Assembly (NCBI RefSeq): GCF_902713615.1
Contig: NC_052173.1
Location: 12,410,152-12,474,151, forward strand
Direction of reading: 5' to 3'
Source: Scyliorhinus canicula
Taxonomy: Eukaryota
DNA: 64,000 nt
Position 1 is the first letter of the stretch. The number at the start of each line of letters is the position of its first letter. A model generated the notes under the pieces. The model did not search any database and was not told the DNA's origin. It saw only the letters and a list, made by a program, of their open reading frames with translations. This document shows, one piece after another, positions 10,905-22,835 of this stretch. The translations under genes were made by a program, and so were the position numbers.

Positions 10905-12731
10905 GACCTTTTATATGGTCACACTACTCTTATCTTTATGTGTTTTTGGTTTTCCTTTTTATTATTTTTGTTTTTCTTGTGTGTTTTTTGTTGTGGATTT
11001 TATGACCTGCATGTTTATTTACACGTGCAGGATTAGACCAGCATCCGCCACTGACACTGGGGTGGTGCTGGGCGTGATAACCAAGTAAAAGAACATAAAG
11101 TACCTGATGAATAAAACAAGAGGGGAGTGCCCCAAAACAGCGAGTGAAACACAGCCCAAAAAGAACGGGAAAGGGAACAAAAACTTAACAAAAACCCGTC
11201 AAAGTAAAGTGTGAAAATCGGTATTGATAAGGCAATCCAACCCCTGCGGTGCCCACCGAGCACGGAATGCTTCGAGTGTGCCCGTGGACACCGCATGCTC
11301 CCTCTCCAGGGACATCCGGCCGCGAACGTGGCTGTGAAAGATGGGCAGACAGTCAGGCTGGACAATCCCCTCGGTCGCCCGCTGCCTGGACCTATAAGTA
11401 GCAAGTTTGGCCCGGCCCAGGAGCAGGTTCACGAGGATGTCCTCCGCCTTCCCCACCCCCCTCCGCACCGGATGTCCGTAGATCAGGAGCGTGGGGCTGA
11501 AGTGCAAACAAAACCTCAACAACAACGTCGTCAAGAAATCAAAGAGGGAGTGCAGCCTAGGACAGACAAGATAAATGTGCTCCACGGTCTCCACCAGGCC
11601 GCAAAAGAGGCAGGTCTCTGGCAGAGCCGTGAAGTGGTAACACTGCCACGTTCAGCACCCTCCACCCTCCGCAGGTCACCGGGGTGAGTGAACATGAGGA
11701 GCACGTCATCAGCGTAAGCTGAGAGGACCACTCCCACGTCCGGCTCGCGCAGAACCAGCCCCGTTAACCTCCTCCGCAGGAGGCACAGGAAAGGCTCCAC
11801 GCATAGGGAATAAAGTTGACCGGACAGGGGGCAGCCCTGACGCACTCCTCTCCCAATGCGAAGGGGCGCCGTCAGGGATCCGTTAACCTTAATCAGACAC
11901 TCCGGGCGACAAAATGCGACCCGAACCCAAAGGCTTGCAGAGTCCCGAGCAAATACTCGTGCCCCACCCTGTCGAACGCCTTCTCCTGGTCAAGAGACAG
12001 GAAGGCGCTCGACATACCACGGGCAGCACGGTAGCATGGTGGTTAGCATAAATGCTTCACAGCTCCAGGGTCCCAGGTTCGATTCCCGGCTGGGTCACTG
12101 TCTGTGCGGAGTCTGCACGTCCTCCCCATGTCTGCGTGGGATTCCTCCGGGTGCTCCGGTTTCCTCCCACAGTCCAAAGATGTGCGGGTTAGGTGGATTG
12201 GCCACGCTAAATTGCCCGTAGTGTCCTAAAAATGTAAGGTTAAGGGGGGGGGGGTTGTTGGGTTACGGGTATAGGGTGGATACGTGGGTTTGAGTAGGGT
12301 GATCATTGCTCGGCACAACATCGAGGGCCGAAGGGCCTGTTCTGTGCTGTACTGTTCTATGTTCTACACCAGTCCTCTGGGAAAAATGAATAATGTCCCG
12401 GACCAGGTGGATGTCATAGATTGTGCGGTCCGGGACTGTGTAGGACTGGTCAGGGTGGATCATGTGGTCCAGTACCAGGCCAAGGCGTAAAGACAGCACC
12501 TTGGCAAAGATTTTATAGTTCGTGCTGAGGAGGGAGTTCTTAAGTTGGCGGACATCCTCCTTCTTGGGCAGCAGGGCAATGCTCCACGAAAGGGGCATCT
12601 CCACGGTCGCAATGCATTCCCCCAGGACTCCCGCATAGTCGCTCCCCAGGACGTCCCAGAACACCCTTAAGAACTCCACGGTCAGCCCGTCCAGCCCAGG
12701 GAATTTGCCCCGTGACAGGATGTTCAGGACT
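10905..12731 (-). mobile_element. 5'-truncated, internally deleted Tx1-like (L1 group) non-LTR retrotransposon
   Basis: GKFPGLDGLTVEF...FWDVLG, IHPDQSY, DQEKAFDRV, RQGCPLSGQLY, SAYADDV and C-terminal C..ETVEH...CPRL motifs. GC-rich body, A-rich 3' UTR. Splits a SINE and contains another SINE. Confidence 0.85.
12021..12366 (+). mobile_element. HE1-like tRNA SINE (tail type C, CR1-like LINE tail)
   Basis: A/B box head, V-core gtctgcgtggg..cctccgggtgctccggtttcctcccac, tail gggccgaagggcctgttctgtgctgta..ttctatgttcta shared with the LINE ends at 17297 and 37025. Confidence 0.85.
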
Positions 12732-13499
12732 GACTGCGGAGTCTGCACGTTCTCCCGGTGTCTGCATAGATTTGCTCCGGGTGCTCCGGTTTCCTCCCAC
12801 AAGTCCCGAAAGACGTGCTGTTAGGTGAATTGGACATTCTGAATTCTCCCTCTGTGACCCGAACAGGCGCCGGAATGTGGCGACTAGGGGCTTTTCACAG
12901 TCACTTCATTGCAGTGTTAATGTAAGCCTACTTGTGACAATAAAGATTATTATAAAGTGTGCACTTGGTGTGGCAACACTGATCGATCAGGAAGGTTTCT
13001 GATTCAATCGTTGTTGCATTACCTGATCTAGTTAATTCAGAGCACAGTGGAGAATCCATGGCAGTGAACCACAGAAGGGCACGGGGCCATGTAAAGTCCA
13101 TATTCTAGGTTCAGATTTTAAAGGAAGATTGGTGTACGTACTGGAATAAAGCACCAGAGGTTGGGCAGAAGCCATGGTCTGTACTGCCGTGCTACCAACA
13201 GTAAACCCGCTCCTGCATGCAATAAATGGGACGAAGTGACTTCAAATAATGTTGAAATGAGAAACTTAAAATCAAAATTCCCGTTATTGAAAATGATACT
13301 TTCGATATGGGAGCTCTTTAAAAAGTTCCTTATTTAGATTTTCATTTACACATTATCCTTGTTATATAAATAATCTCCAATTCTGTTTTTTTCCTCCCAA
13401 GCCAGTTATATCTTTTCAAATTGACAGTAGACACTCATTCCCTCCTTTCCTCAGAATAATAATCGTTCTTCGGCCTACCGGCATTCAGTCAGAAACCCT

Positions 13500-13830
13500 G
13501 CTCGAGAATCGTGCTGTTGACAGCTCTGGTGGCGGAAACTTCTCGAACTTGCTGCGAGGCTTCAATTGCGCTTCTAGGCCTCAACGGGCTTTACGCAAAT
13601 TGCTACAACTGCTCGCGCACAAATGGGGAAAAAAATCATTTTTTTTTTAAAGCTACAGAAACAAAAAAAATGTACTCGACCGATCCTGGAATAAAACCGA
13701 TGTAGAAAGCACAAACAAACACAACTACATTTACCTACGCGGTTCAAGCCTTTTTCCTCAGTCCTCCCAAGTACAACGAACATGGACTCAGGTCCTCCCA
13801 GACAAGAGCAACTGGGGAAGACGCTTTCGG
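13500..13830 (-). promoter_or_regulatory. Putative promoter / first non-coding exon of the ZC3H10-like paralog
   Basis: CpG-enriched. Reverse complement aligns with 18925-19180. Candidate donor GTAGGT/GTAAAT near 13729-13738. Confidence 0.55.
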
Positions 13831-13869
13831 TACCTCTCTGCAGTCATTGTTCAACGAACAGCAACTCGT

Positions 13870-14070
13870 TTACCAACTGCCTTCCATCCTATCACTGTCC
13901 CTTCCCCCTCCTCTGGGACTTCCTCAAACCTCACATCTCGCTCTTTTTCCAGTTCTGAAGACAAGTCCCTGACCTGGGATGTTCACTCGGTTTCATTCCC
14001 CACAGATGCTGGCAGACCTGCTGAATTTTCCTTTTAGTCTCCAATTTCCAGCATCAGCAGTATTTTATTA
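13870..14070 (+). mobile_element. Penelope-like element terminal (pLTR) remnant with degenerate hammerhead motif
   Basis: agttctgaaga..gtc...gacctg..atgtt...cacagatgctggcagacctgctga, the same family as 18490-18755 and 52815-52945. Confidence 0.6.
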
Positions 14071-14105
14071 GTATTAGTTTTTAATTCACTGCTACTTTTC
14101 TTCCA

Positions 14106-14290
14106 TGATGTGGAGTGGGGTGAGCACAGTAAGAGGTCTTACAACACCAGGTTAAAGTCCAACAGGTTTGTTTCGAATCACTAGCTTTCCGAGCGCAGCT
14201 CCATTCACCTGAGGAAGGAGCTGTGCTCCGAAAGATAGTGATTCGAAACAAACCTGTTGGACTTTAACCTAGTGTTGTAAGACTTCTTAC
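14106..14290. mobile_element. Foldback (about 75-bp arms) Penelope-type terminal element with minimal hammerhead ribozyme motif
   Basis: 14128-14202 is the reverse complement of 14217-14291. TCAC-CTGAGGA-A-GGAGC-tgt-GCTCC-GAAA-gata-GTGA at 14205-14241. Flanking direct repeat tacttttcttcca. Confidence 0.75.
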
Positions 14291-14312
14291 TTTTCTTCCA
14301 ATAATGACCCAA

Positions 14313-15805
14313 AGAACAAAGAAAAGTACAGCACAGGGTCAGGCCCTTTGGCCCTCCAAGCCTATGCCAATCATGATGCCCTAATTTTAAAAAAAAACTT
14401 CTGTCCTTCCTCGGTCTGTATCCCTCCCTATTCATCTACCCATCCAGATGCCACCTTAAATGTTGCCAATGTGCCTGCTTCCACCACATGCTCTGGCAGC
14501 ACATTCCAGGCACCCACCACTCTGCATGAAAGACTTACCCCCTCTCACCTTGAGCCTGTGCCCCCTTGTAATCAACATTTCCACCCTTGGAAGAAGCCTC
14601 GGACTATCTGCCCTGTCTATGCCTCTCATAATTTTGTAGACCTCTATCAGATATCCCCTCAGCCTCCGTCTTTCCAGTGAAAACAATCCCAGTTTATTCA
14701 ACCTCTGCTCATAGCCAACATCCTCAAGACCAGGCAACATCCTGGTGAACCTTTGAACTCTCTCCAAAGCTTCCACGTACTTCTGATAATGTGGTGACCA
14801 GAACTGCACTCAATACTCCAAATGCAGCCTAACCATGGTTTTATGTAGCTGCAACATGATTTCCCAACTCCTGTACTCAATGCCTTCTTAATCACCTTGG
14901 CCACTTGTGTTGCCACTTTTGGGGAACCTGCACACCTAGATGCCTCTGTATTTTAATATTCCTCAGGGTTCTGCCATTTACAGTATAATTCATACCTAGA
15001 TTTGATCCTCCAAAATGCATCACCTCCCATTTGTCCAGACTAAACTCCATCTGCCATTTCAAGTCTCCAATCTATCTATATCCTGTTGTATCCTCTGACA
15101 ATCCTCAGCACTATCAGCAACTCTGCCAATCTTCGTGTCATCTGTAAACTTAATCAGACCACCCGCATTTTCCTCCAGATCATTTATATTACTACAATGA
15201 ACAGAGGTCCCAGCACTGATCCCTGCGGAACACCACTAGCTACACATCTCCATTCTGAAAAACACCCTTCTGCCGCTACTCCCTGTCTTCTATAACCAAG
15301 CCAGTTCTGTATCCATCTAGCCAGTCCACTCCGAATCCCATGTGATTTTAGTTTTTGTACCAGTCTGCTATGTGGGACCTTGTCAAATGCCTTACTCAAG
15401 TCCATATAAACAACATCCACAGCCCTTCCCTCATCAATTTACTTGTCACCTCTTCAAAAAACTCAATCAATTTGGTGAGACATGACCTTCCCTGTACAAA
15501 ACCATGCTGCCTGTCACTAACTCGTCCATTTTCCTCCAAATGTGCATATATCCTGTCTCTCAGTATCTTTTCCAAAAGCTTCCCCACCACTGATGTCAGG
15601 CTGTCCTGCCTATGATTGGCTGGATTGTCCGTGCTTCCTTTCTTAAACAAGGGAACACTATTGGCTATTGTCCAGTCCTCTGGAACCTCACCTGTGGTCA
15701 AAGAGGATGTGAAGATATCTGTTAAGGCCCCAGCTATTTCTCCCTTGCCTCCCGCAGTAACCTGGGATAGATCCCATCCAGCCCCGAGGACTTGTCTACC
15801 TTAAT
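14313..15805 (-). mobile_element. CR1-group (HER1-like) LINE, 3' part with degenerate RT
   Basis: [70 protein letters not shown] motifs in the ORF track. Confidence 0.9.
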
Positions 15806-16125
15806 GCAAGAATGTCCTGCTCTTGTCTCCCACAGAATTTCCATTGGTCTCTTCTACCTTGATAACCTTCATTGTTTTCTGTTTCCATTCTGGTATTTGA
15901 TTAGGTACTGAACAAAACTCAGATGGAATTCTCCCATCCTGGGACCAAGTGCCATAGTGGTGGCGGGAACATAGAGTGTTTCCCTCTGCAGCAGCCAGAT
16001 CTTCTGGCCCCAACCTCATTAATAATGCATCCGGGTGCTTTACACCATATTCAGTGGCAGGGCAGGCCTGGATGGTGTGTAGTCTGCCACCATGTCTGGG
16101 GACCATACTAAAAAGGCCCCCAATT

Positions 16126-16322
16126 ACTGCCTCACGGCACCGAGGTCCCAGGTCTGATCCCGGCCCTGGGTCACTGTCCGTGTGGAGATTGCACATTCTC
16201 CCCGTGTCTGCGTGGGTCTCACCCCCACAATCCAAAAGATGTGCAGGGTAGGTGAATTGGCCACTCTAAATTGCTCCTTAATTGGAGAAAAAAATTGGAT
16301 ACTCTAAATTTATTTTTAAAAA
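16126..16322 (+). mobile_element. Type A SINE (5'-truncated)
   Basis: Consensus match. Confidence 0.8.
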
Positions 16323-17296
16323 GGCGCCGAACATCACTGACCCCACCATTGAAGAAAGAAGGTGGACCACCTGAAAATGAAGGTAGATCTCCAGGAGCAC
16401 TCTTGAGACTGGAAGATGGACTCCTGAGAATGAAGATGGATCTCCAGGTACATTCTGAGGCTGTAAGATGGACCCCTCCAGGACACTTAATCTGGAAGAT
16501 TCACCTACCAATGCCCCCCCCCCCCCCCCCCCCCCCCCCGGCCCACTACTGTTGTGTTCCAGGATTGCGGGTGGCCTCCATCCTGAACTTTGGAGACAGC
16601 CCCCAGGCATTGTTCAGATGTCCTGACATCTGCACGCCACGTTGTACGAACATGTCATGCTGGCATGTTCTCCTGCCGACATTGTGGAGAATCTGAGGTG
16701 GGGGGTGTGGGCCTTCATCTGTATCCCATTAGCGGGATGCAAATTAGATTCACCCTGTCCTCTGGCAGGTTTTCTGGCTGCTCTGGCAGGCACCAGCAGA
16801 AGATTCGACTGTAAATTCACGGCGGCACAAAACCGATTTCTGACATGTCTTACCCCTCCCCTCCCCTGAGCATTCCAAAGGGACCATTCCCTCTGTGACA
16901 CCCTGGTCCACTCCTCAATCACCCCCAACAACCTCTTCCCTACCAATGAAAGCTTCTGCAAGTGCCAGAGATGAAACACTTGCCTCCTCCCTTCTCATTG
17001 TCCAAGGCCCAAACACTCTTCCCAAGTGATAAAGTGATCTTACATACTTCTCTCAATTTAGTACACTGTATTTACTACTCCTGATGCAATATCCTCTATA
17101 TTGGGGAGACCAAACCAAGATTGGGTGACTGCTTTGTGGAACACCTCCATTCAGTCCACAAATGTGACCCCACACCTCCAGCCTGTAAATTCCATTCTCT
17201 ACTCTCTGTCCTTACCCTACTGCAATGTTGCAATGAAGCTCAACACAAGCTTGAGGAACAACATGTCAGCTTTCAATTGGCCACTTTATAGCCTTA

Positions 17297-18092
17297 GAAC
17301 ATAGAACATAGAAAAATACAGCACAGAACAGGCCCTTCGGCCCACAATGTTGTGTCGAACTTTTGTCCTAGATTGAGAACAAATAAATCTACACCTCATC
17401 ATTTACCGTAATCCATGTACCTATCCAATAGCCGCTTGAAGGTCCCTAACGTTTCCGATTCAACTACTTCCACAGGCAGTGCATTCCATGCCCCCACTAC
17501 TCTCTGGGTAAAGAACCTACCTCTGACATCCCCTCTATATCTTCCACCATCCACCTTAAATTTATGTCCCCTTGTAATGGTTTGTTCCACCCGGGGAAAA
17601 AGTCTCTGACTGTCTATCTATTCCCTTGATCATCTTATAAACCTCTATCAAGTCGCCCCTCATCCTTCTCCGTTCTAATGAGAAAAGGCCTAGCACCCTC
17701 AACCTTTCCTCGTAAGACCTACTCTCCATTCCAGGCAACATCCTGGTAAATCTCCTTTGCACCTTTTCCAAAGCGACCAGAACAGCACACAGTACTCCAA
17801 ATGTGGCCTTACCAAAGTTTTGTACAGCTGCATCATTACCTCATGGCTCTTAAATTCAATCCCTCTGCTAATGAACGCTAGCACACCATAGGCCTTCTTC
17901 ACAGCTCTATCCACTTGAGTGGCAACTTTCAAAGATCTATGAACATAAACCCCAAGATCTCTCTGCTGCTCCATATTTCCAAGAACCCTACCATTAACCC
18001 TGTATTCCGCATTCATATTTGTCCTTCCAAAATGGACACCCTCACACTTTTCAGGGTTAAACTCCGTCTGCCACTTCTCAGCCCAGCTCTGC
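17297..18092 (-). mobile_element. Young CR1-group LINE 3' fragment
   Basis: [44 protein letters not shown] and (ttctatg)n tail. Near-identical to 37025-37667. Confidence 0.9.
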
Positions 18093-18185
18093 GGCCTTCT
18101 GGACTCAACATTGAGCTGAGCAACAAATTGTAACCACCATTCCCATTTGTTCAGATGTTGATGATGATTCTACTTTCCCATTCAG

Positions 18186-18482
18186 TGCTGCACAGTAGTT
18201 AGCACTGTTGCTTCACAGTGTCAGGGTCCCAGGTTCGATTCCCGGCTTGGGTCACTGTCTGTGCGGAGTCTGCACGTTCTCCCCATGTCTGCGTGGGTTT
18301 CCTCCGGGTGCTCCGGTTTCCTCCCACAAGTCCCGAAAGACGTGCTGTTAGGTGAATTGGACATTCTGAATTCTCCCTCTGTGACCCGAACAGGCGCCGG
18401 AATGTGGCGACTAGGGGCTTTTCACAGTAACCTCATTGCAGTGTTAATGTAAGCCTACTTGTGACTACGAAGATTATTAAAT
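18186..18482 (+). mobile_element. tRNA/V-SINE, tail type B
   Basis: Near-identical to 62459-62772. Confidence 0.88.
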
Positions 18483-18899
18483 TACAGACTCACACCTCCA
18501 ACCTTCTGTTTGTTCCTCCACCCGCTCCATTACCATCTCCTTTTCCCCTGCACCATCAACCTTTTTGTCATCTTCCACACAGACTTTCCTTTTGACCTTT
18601 CTCCCCGCCTTTGTACTCAGTTCAAACCCCGTCCCCGGTTCTGATGAAAGGTCACTGACCTGAAACGTTTGTGTGTGAAATGCGTTTTTTTTTCTCTCTC
18701 GGAGATGTTGCCTGACCTGCTGAGTATTCCCAGTATCTTCCGTTTTTAATTCCAGCTGTGCCCGTGTCGTTGGCGACTGTTTAACGTTACAGACATTTCA
18801 TTTGAAAAATTATCTCGGAGGGAGTGGAGTTCAGTTTAAATACGTTTTCATTTAAAATAGTGAATGAAATTGGTAATATGACTGAAAGAAATTAGGCAG

Positions 18900-19200
18900 A
18901 CAAATTGCCGCTGTTTGGTGCTGAGCCGCTCTTGTCTGGGAGGACTTGTTTGATGCTCGTTGTGTTTGGAGGAGTGAAGGCGCTGAACCGTGTATGTAAA
19001 TACATTCCTTTTTTCTGCCCATTTTGTAACCGTTCTGATCCTCTCTGATATTTATTTCGACAGTTTAAACATGCCGGATTGATCTGAGTGAGGGTATAAT
19101 TTTGTTTGCGTGTCTCTGCTATTGTTTTATGCAGCAGGAAGTTAAGGCCTAGAAATCCCATGACAGCCTTCGAATCCTCGACCAGCTTGTTACTGTTAGA
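18900..19200 (+). promoter_or_regulatory. Putative promoter / first non-coding exon and donor region of ZC3H10
   Basis: Locally CpG-enriched unique sequence. Homologous in inverted orientation to 13500-13820 (shared gctcttgtctgggaggac, tgaaccg.gta.gtaaat, aggcctagaa). Candidate donor GTATGT/GTAAAT near 18992-19001. Confidence 0.55.
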
Positions 19201-19999
19201 CGATGTGATTTGCAGTAAATAGCTCTGAAAATCAGACGTTTATTAGCATTGTTTTGAGAATTCGTGGGTCACCTCTACATTTGAAACACTAAGGAATCAA
19301 TATTTGCTATTAATGAGACTCTTGTTTCCCAGTGAAATGTTTTCTTTGGTACAATAGTTCATATTTGGATCATGCCTTCAATGTGCCAAAAAGATCCAAG
19401 GGATTTCAAGAGGAGGGGATTGAGCCCTCAGTGAGAGTTGGGTGAGGTGACCCAAAGTGCAGTTGACGAGAGATTTTGAGGGCGGAAAAAGATGTAGTAC
19501 GGTGGGAAAAATCTAGCAAGAGAATTCAAGGATATGGATGTTGATGACGAAAGGCTTATTAAAGAGAGGCTAAAGAGGTTGCGATGTACAAGGAGGATGG
19601 GGTTGAAGAATGAAAATATTCTAGAAGTAAATTGAGGGCGAGGCCATTGCGAGATTTTTCCTGAGAATTTTGGAAAGTGTGGAAGTCAATGTAGACCTAA
19701 GCAACTGGGACTGAATATAGAGTAGGATTCTGGTTTGAGTGAGATATTTCTTGGGTCCAACAAGGATAGGATTGAAGTCCAGCTTGGAGGTGATGAATGT
19801 AATTTGAAGTTTGAAATTCAATTTGTGGTTTGACAGGGTACATGAGGTTACACACTGTCAAACTCCAGACCTACAGCAATGTAGTTGACTTTTAAATAAC
19901 CTCCGAAATGTCTTTGCAAGCCACTCAAATCAAGGGAAATTAGGGATGGGCAACAAATGCTGGCCTTGCCAGCGACACCCACTTCCCATGAAAGAATTG

Positions 20000-20232
20000 T
20001 TATTTTTATTTTTTTAAATTTAGAGTACCCAATTCATTTTTTCCAATTAAGGTGCAATATAGCGTGGCCAATCCACCTACCCTGCACATCTTTGGGTTGT
20101 GGGGGTGAGACTCGCGCAGACACGGGGAGAATGTGCAAACTCCACACGGACAGTGACCCGGGGCCGGGATTGAACCCGGGTCCTCGGTGCCGTGCGACAG
20201 CAGTGCTAACCACTGCACCACCGTGCTGCCCT
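20000..20232 (-). mobile_element. Type A SINE with 15-bp TSD, inserted at the tail of an older repeat (about 19820-19998)
   Basis: TSD tcccatgaaagaatt on both sides. Confidence 0.88.
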
Positions 20233-22202
20233 CCCATGAAAGAATTTAAAAAAGAAAAAATGGTGGGGATGAAAATGACCCTGAATATTTGTTTCTCAGA
20301 CACTACTGTACAATTTTGAAAATGTGGTATAACATAGAGGTTACAATTCCTTTTATATAGCTGAGCTATTTGACATGCACTAACTGATGTCAGTAGTGGG
20401 GCTTCTCTGATGCAAATGAGAAATTAAAGAAAAAGGTGACTCGTTAATTGACATCCTGAAATTTGATAACTGAAAAAAATTACAATTGCATAACCAGGAC
20501 TTTTAAAGGACTTTATTTTTCTCCCTTATGCCAATTCTTTTCTGCAAATAGTGACTCATCTAGACGTATAGTTCCACTGCTGCTGATATGTCTCCAGTAT
20601 CTCACCCAAGTTGACATTCCTCATTTGTGAACCTGAACAGTGAGTGCCAATAGGCTATTTGACCATGAAGAGTATTGCAACCTATCTGATCCTATTTGCA
20701 CCTCGTGTCCACATGGGTACATTTCCAGCAGTTTGTAGAATTAGCCACACAATGTCATCATCAGATGCTGATGGTGACTATTGCATCAGGCTCTCTGAAA
20801 CGAGGAACAAAATGCAGGGAGCATTTTTCTCCTGAGCTGCTGAGAGTGGAAAATTAAAATATTTTTTGGAAAGTTGCAGTTTCTACTCTCGTCACTGTCT
20901 TCTCTGCTCCTCGCTCCTAAAGTGGTGGCTTGCTGTTTGCTAGGAGCCTGGTGGAAAACTATAGAGATCAGCAGTGAAAATGCACAATCCAAATCTTTCT
21001 GAAATTAGGTAGTTGTAAACAGCAGTGTTATAGGCACACAGGCTTCTGCTAATGCTATGATGTAACTGTTTGCTAGGAGGTTTGTGACAGTTCGCTTTCC
21101 AGTTCCTTTTTTCTTGATTCCTCCTCTGGACAAGCCATGGATTTTGCTTGATGATGTGATTGAATTCAAAAAGCTGGAGCAGCTGCAGAAGTGAGCCTTT
21201 ATTCTAGCATTCCATAGCACAATATATTGCAGGTTAGTATACCAATCTGTAGTTAATTTGAGGGTCACAAAGGTCAGTTGTAGAATCCTTATTGCTAGAA
21301 GCGGCTAACTCAGCAAAGTACTGGGGCCAAACTTGAGTCTCTGGTCTGAATAGCTCTGGTAGTACTCAGGATTAAAATCCTTAAGCATTGGAGCCTTAAT
21401 CCTTAAGCATTGGAGCCTTAATCTTTCCAATAATTATTTTTTTTCCAGAATTCCACACAAGTTTATTCTGGTGCAATGATTTATTTGTTTACATGGCATT
21501 TTAGGATCATATCTTGATACAAGATTATGTTTTTAAAAATCGTGGTTATTGTCGGGTGCAGTTGCTTCTGATTTTTATCCTTTATACTAAAACATGACTG
21601 GCCTAAATTTAATGAGATTATTCAAAATGCAGGTTATTATGGGTTTTGTGCATTAATATCTCTTATGCGCATGAAGGCTACTTTCACTGATTGTGAATCT
21701 CACGGCTTGGTGTTTAACTCCTAGATTCCGCACAAGGCGCTAAACATCAATATAACTTGTCTTCCTCACCTTCCCGACCCCATTTCTCACCAAATCCGCA
21801 TGCCGAATGTGGCTTAATTCATGAGCACCCAATCGATTTCACTTGTTAAACAAGTGCTGCCAGTGAAACTCGTCTTTGTGAACCTAGAATGACATCTTTT
21901 TATTAATTTGTGGGGATTACAGTTCATCATATTGAAAGCAGATATCCTATACATTTGATATAATGGGGATGGGGGGGGGGGAATGGGTTGGAGGCCAGTC
22001 AGATAAAAGATATATTGCAAAAGATTTTTGGTAAGCTTTCATACTAGTTGATATGCTACAAGGAATAGAGTGTTTGCCTTGTACGCCACTCAGAAGGAGG
22101 AGGATCCATTCTCTGTTCTGCTGTAGGTGTGTATTCCACTATTGGTTTATAGGTTGTAGTCGGAACAGACTAGAAATGAGCAGCAGTCATGTTATGTTTC
22201 AC

Positions 22203-22428
22203 GGGGCAGCACGGTGGCGCAGTGGTTACACAGTTTCCTCAAGGCGCCGAGGTCCCAGGTTTGATCCCGGCTCTGGGTCACTGTCCGTGTGGAGTTTGCA
22301 CATTTTCTCCCTGTGTTTGCGTGGGTTTCACCCCCACAACCCAAAGATGTGCAGGTTAGGTGGATTGGCCACGCTAAATTGCCCCCTAATTAGAAAAAAT
22401 GAATTGGATACACTAAATTTTAAAAAAA
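22203..22428 (+). mobile_element. Type A SINE
   Basis: Consensus match. TSD gtta(t/c)gtttcac. Confidence 0.88.
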
Positions 22429-22717
22429 GTTACGTTTCACAAATTTTGGATATTATGTTGTCTAAACAGCTGCTTCCAATTGTCATTTAACTTTTTGCTG
22501 GCTCTGATTTATTTTGAAAAAATTGAATATGGAGGCTCTGCAGACACTCTAGTCAGTCATTTCTGAAAAGAAATGCAGAATTAATTACGTTGCTATATAC
22601 TTCGTTGAATTCATAATGGCTGGTCTATATCAGGATCAGACTTGGGTTGACTTGTTTTGATTACAATCCGAGATGGGAGAGCAACAACAGCTCCCTATTA
22701 TGGAAGAATACTCATGC

Positions 22718-22835
22718 GGGGCAGCACGATGATGCAGTAGTTAGCCCTGCTGCCTCATGGCGCCGAGGGCCCGGGTCCAATCCTGGCCCTGGGTCACTTG
22801 TCTGTGTGGAGTTTGCACATTCTCCCCGTGTCGTC
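22718..22835 (+). mobile_element. Type A SINE, 3'-truncated
   Basis: Head and start of core only. Confidence 0.7.

Larger units (their letters stand above)
10820..12953 (+). mobile_element. tRNA-derived V-SINE-type element (tail type B), split into 10820-10904 and 12732-12953 by the Tx1-like insertion
   Basis: The two halves join to the same consensus as intact copies at 18186-18482 and 62459-62772. Confidence 0.85.
16842..18755 (+). mobile_element. Penelope-like retroelement relic (GIY-YIG endonuclease region + 3' pLTR), interrupted by a CR1 (17297-18092) and a SINE (18186-18482)
   Basis: Hand translation gives RDHSLCDTLVHS, C..C zinc-knuckle remnant, NLV.CI.., LYIGETK.RLGDCFVEHL, KLEEQH and GLNIE. 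Ends with ctgatgaa-aggtc-act-gacct-gaaacgtt. Confidence 0.8.

Noticed and set aside
15900-16840. Possible non-autonomous DNA transposon inside the Penelope relic
   Set aside because: It looks like an insertion, but I could not identify convincing terminal inverted repeats or a TSD.
21376-21423. 22-bp direct duplication (aatccttaagcattggagcctt); similar 16-bp duplication near 48860
   Set aside because: Ordinary local slippage duplications in introns with no sign of function.
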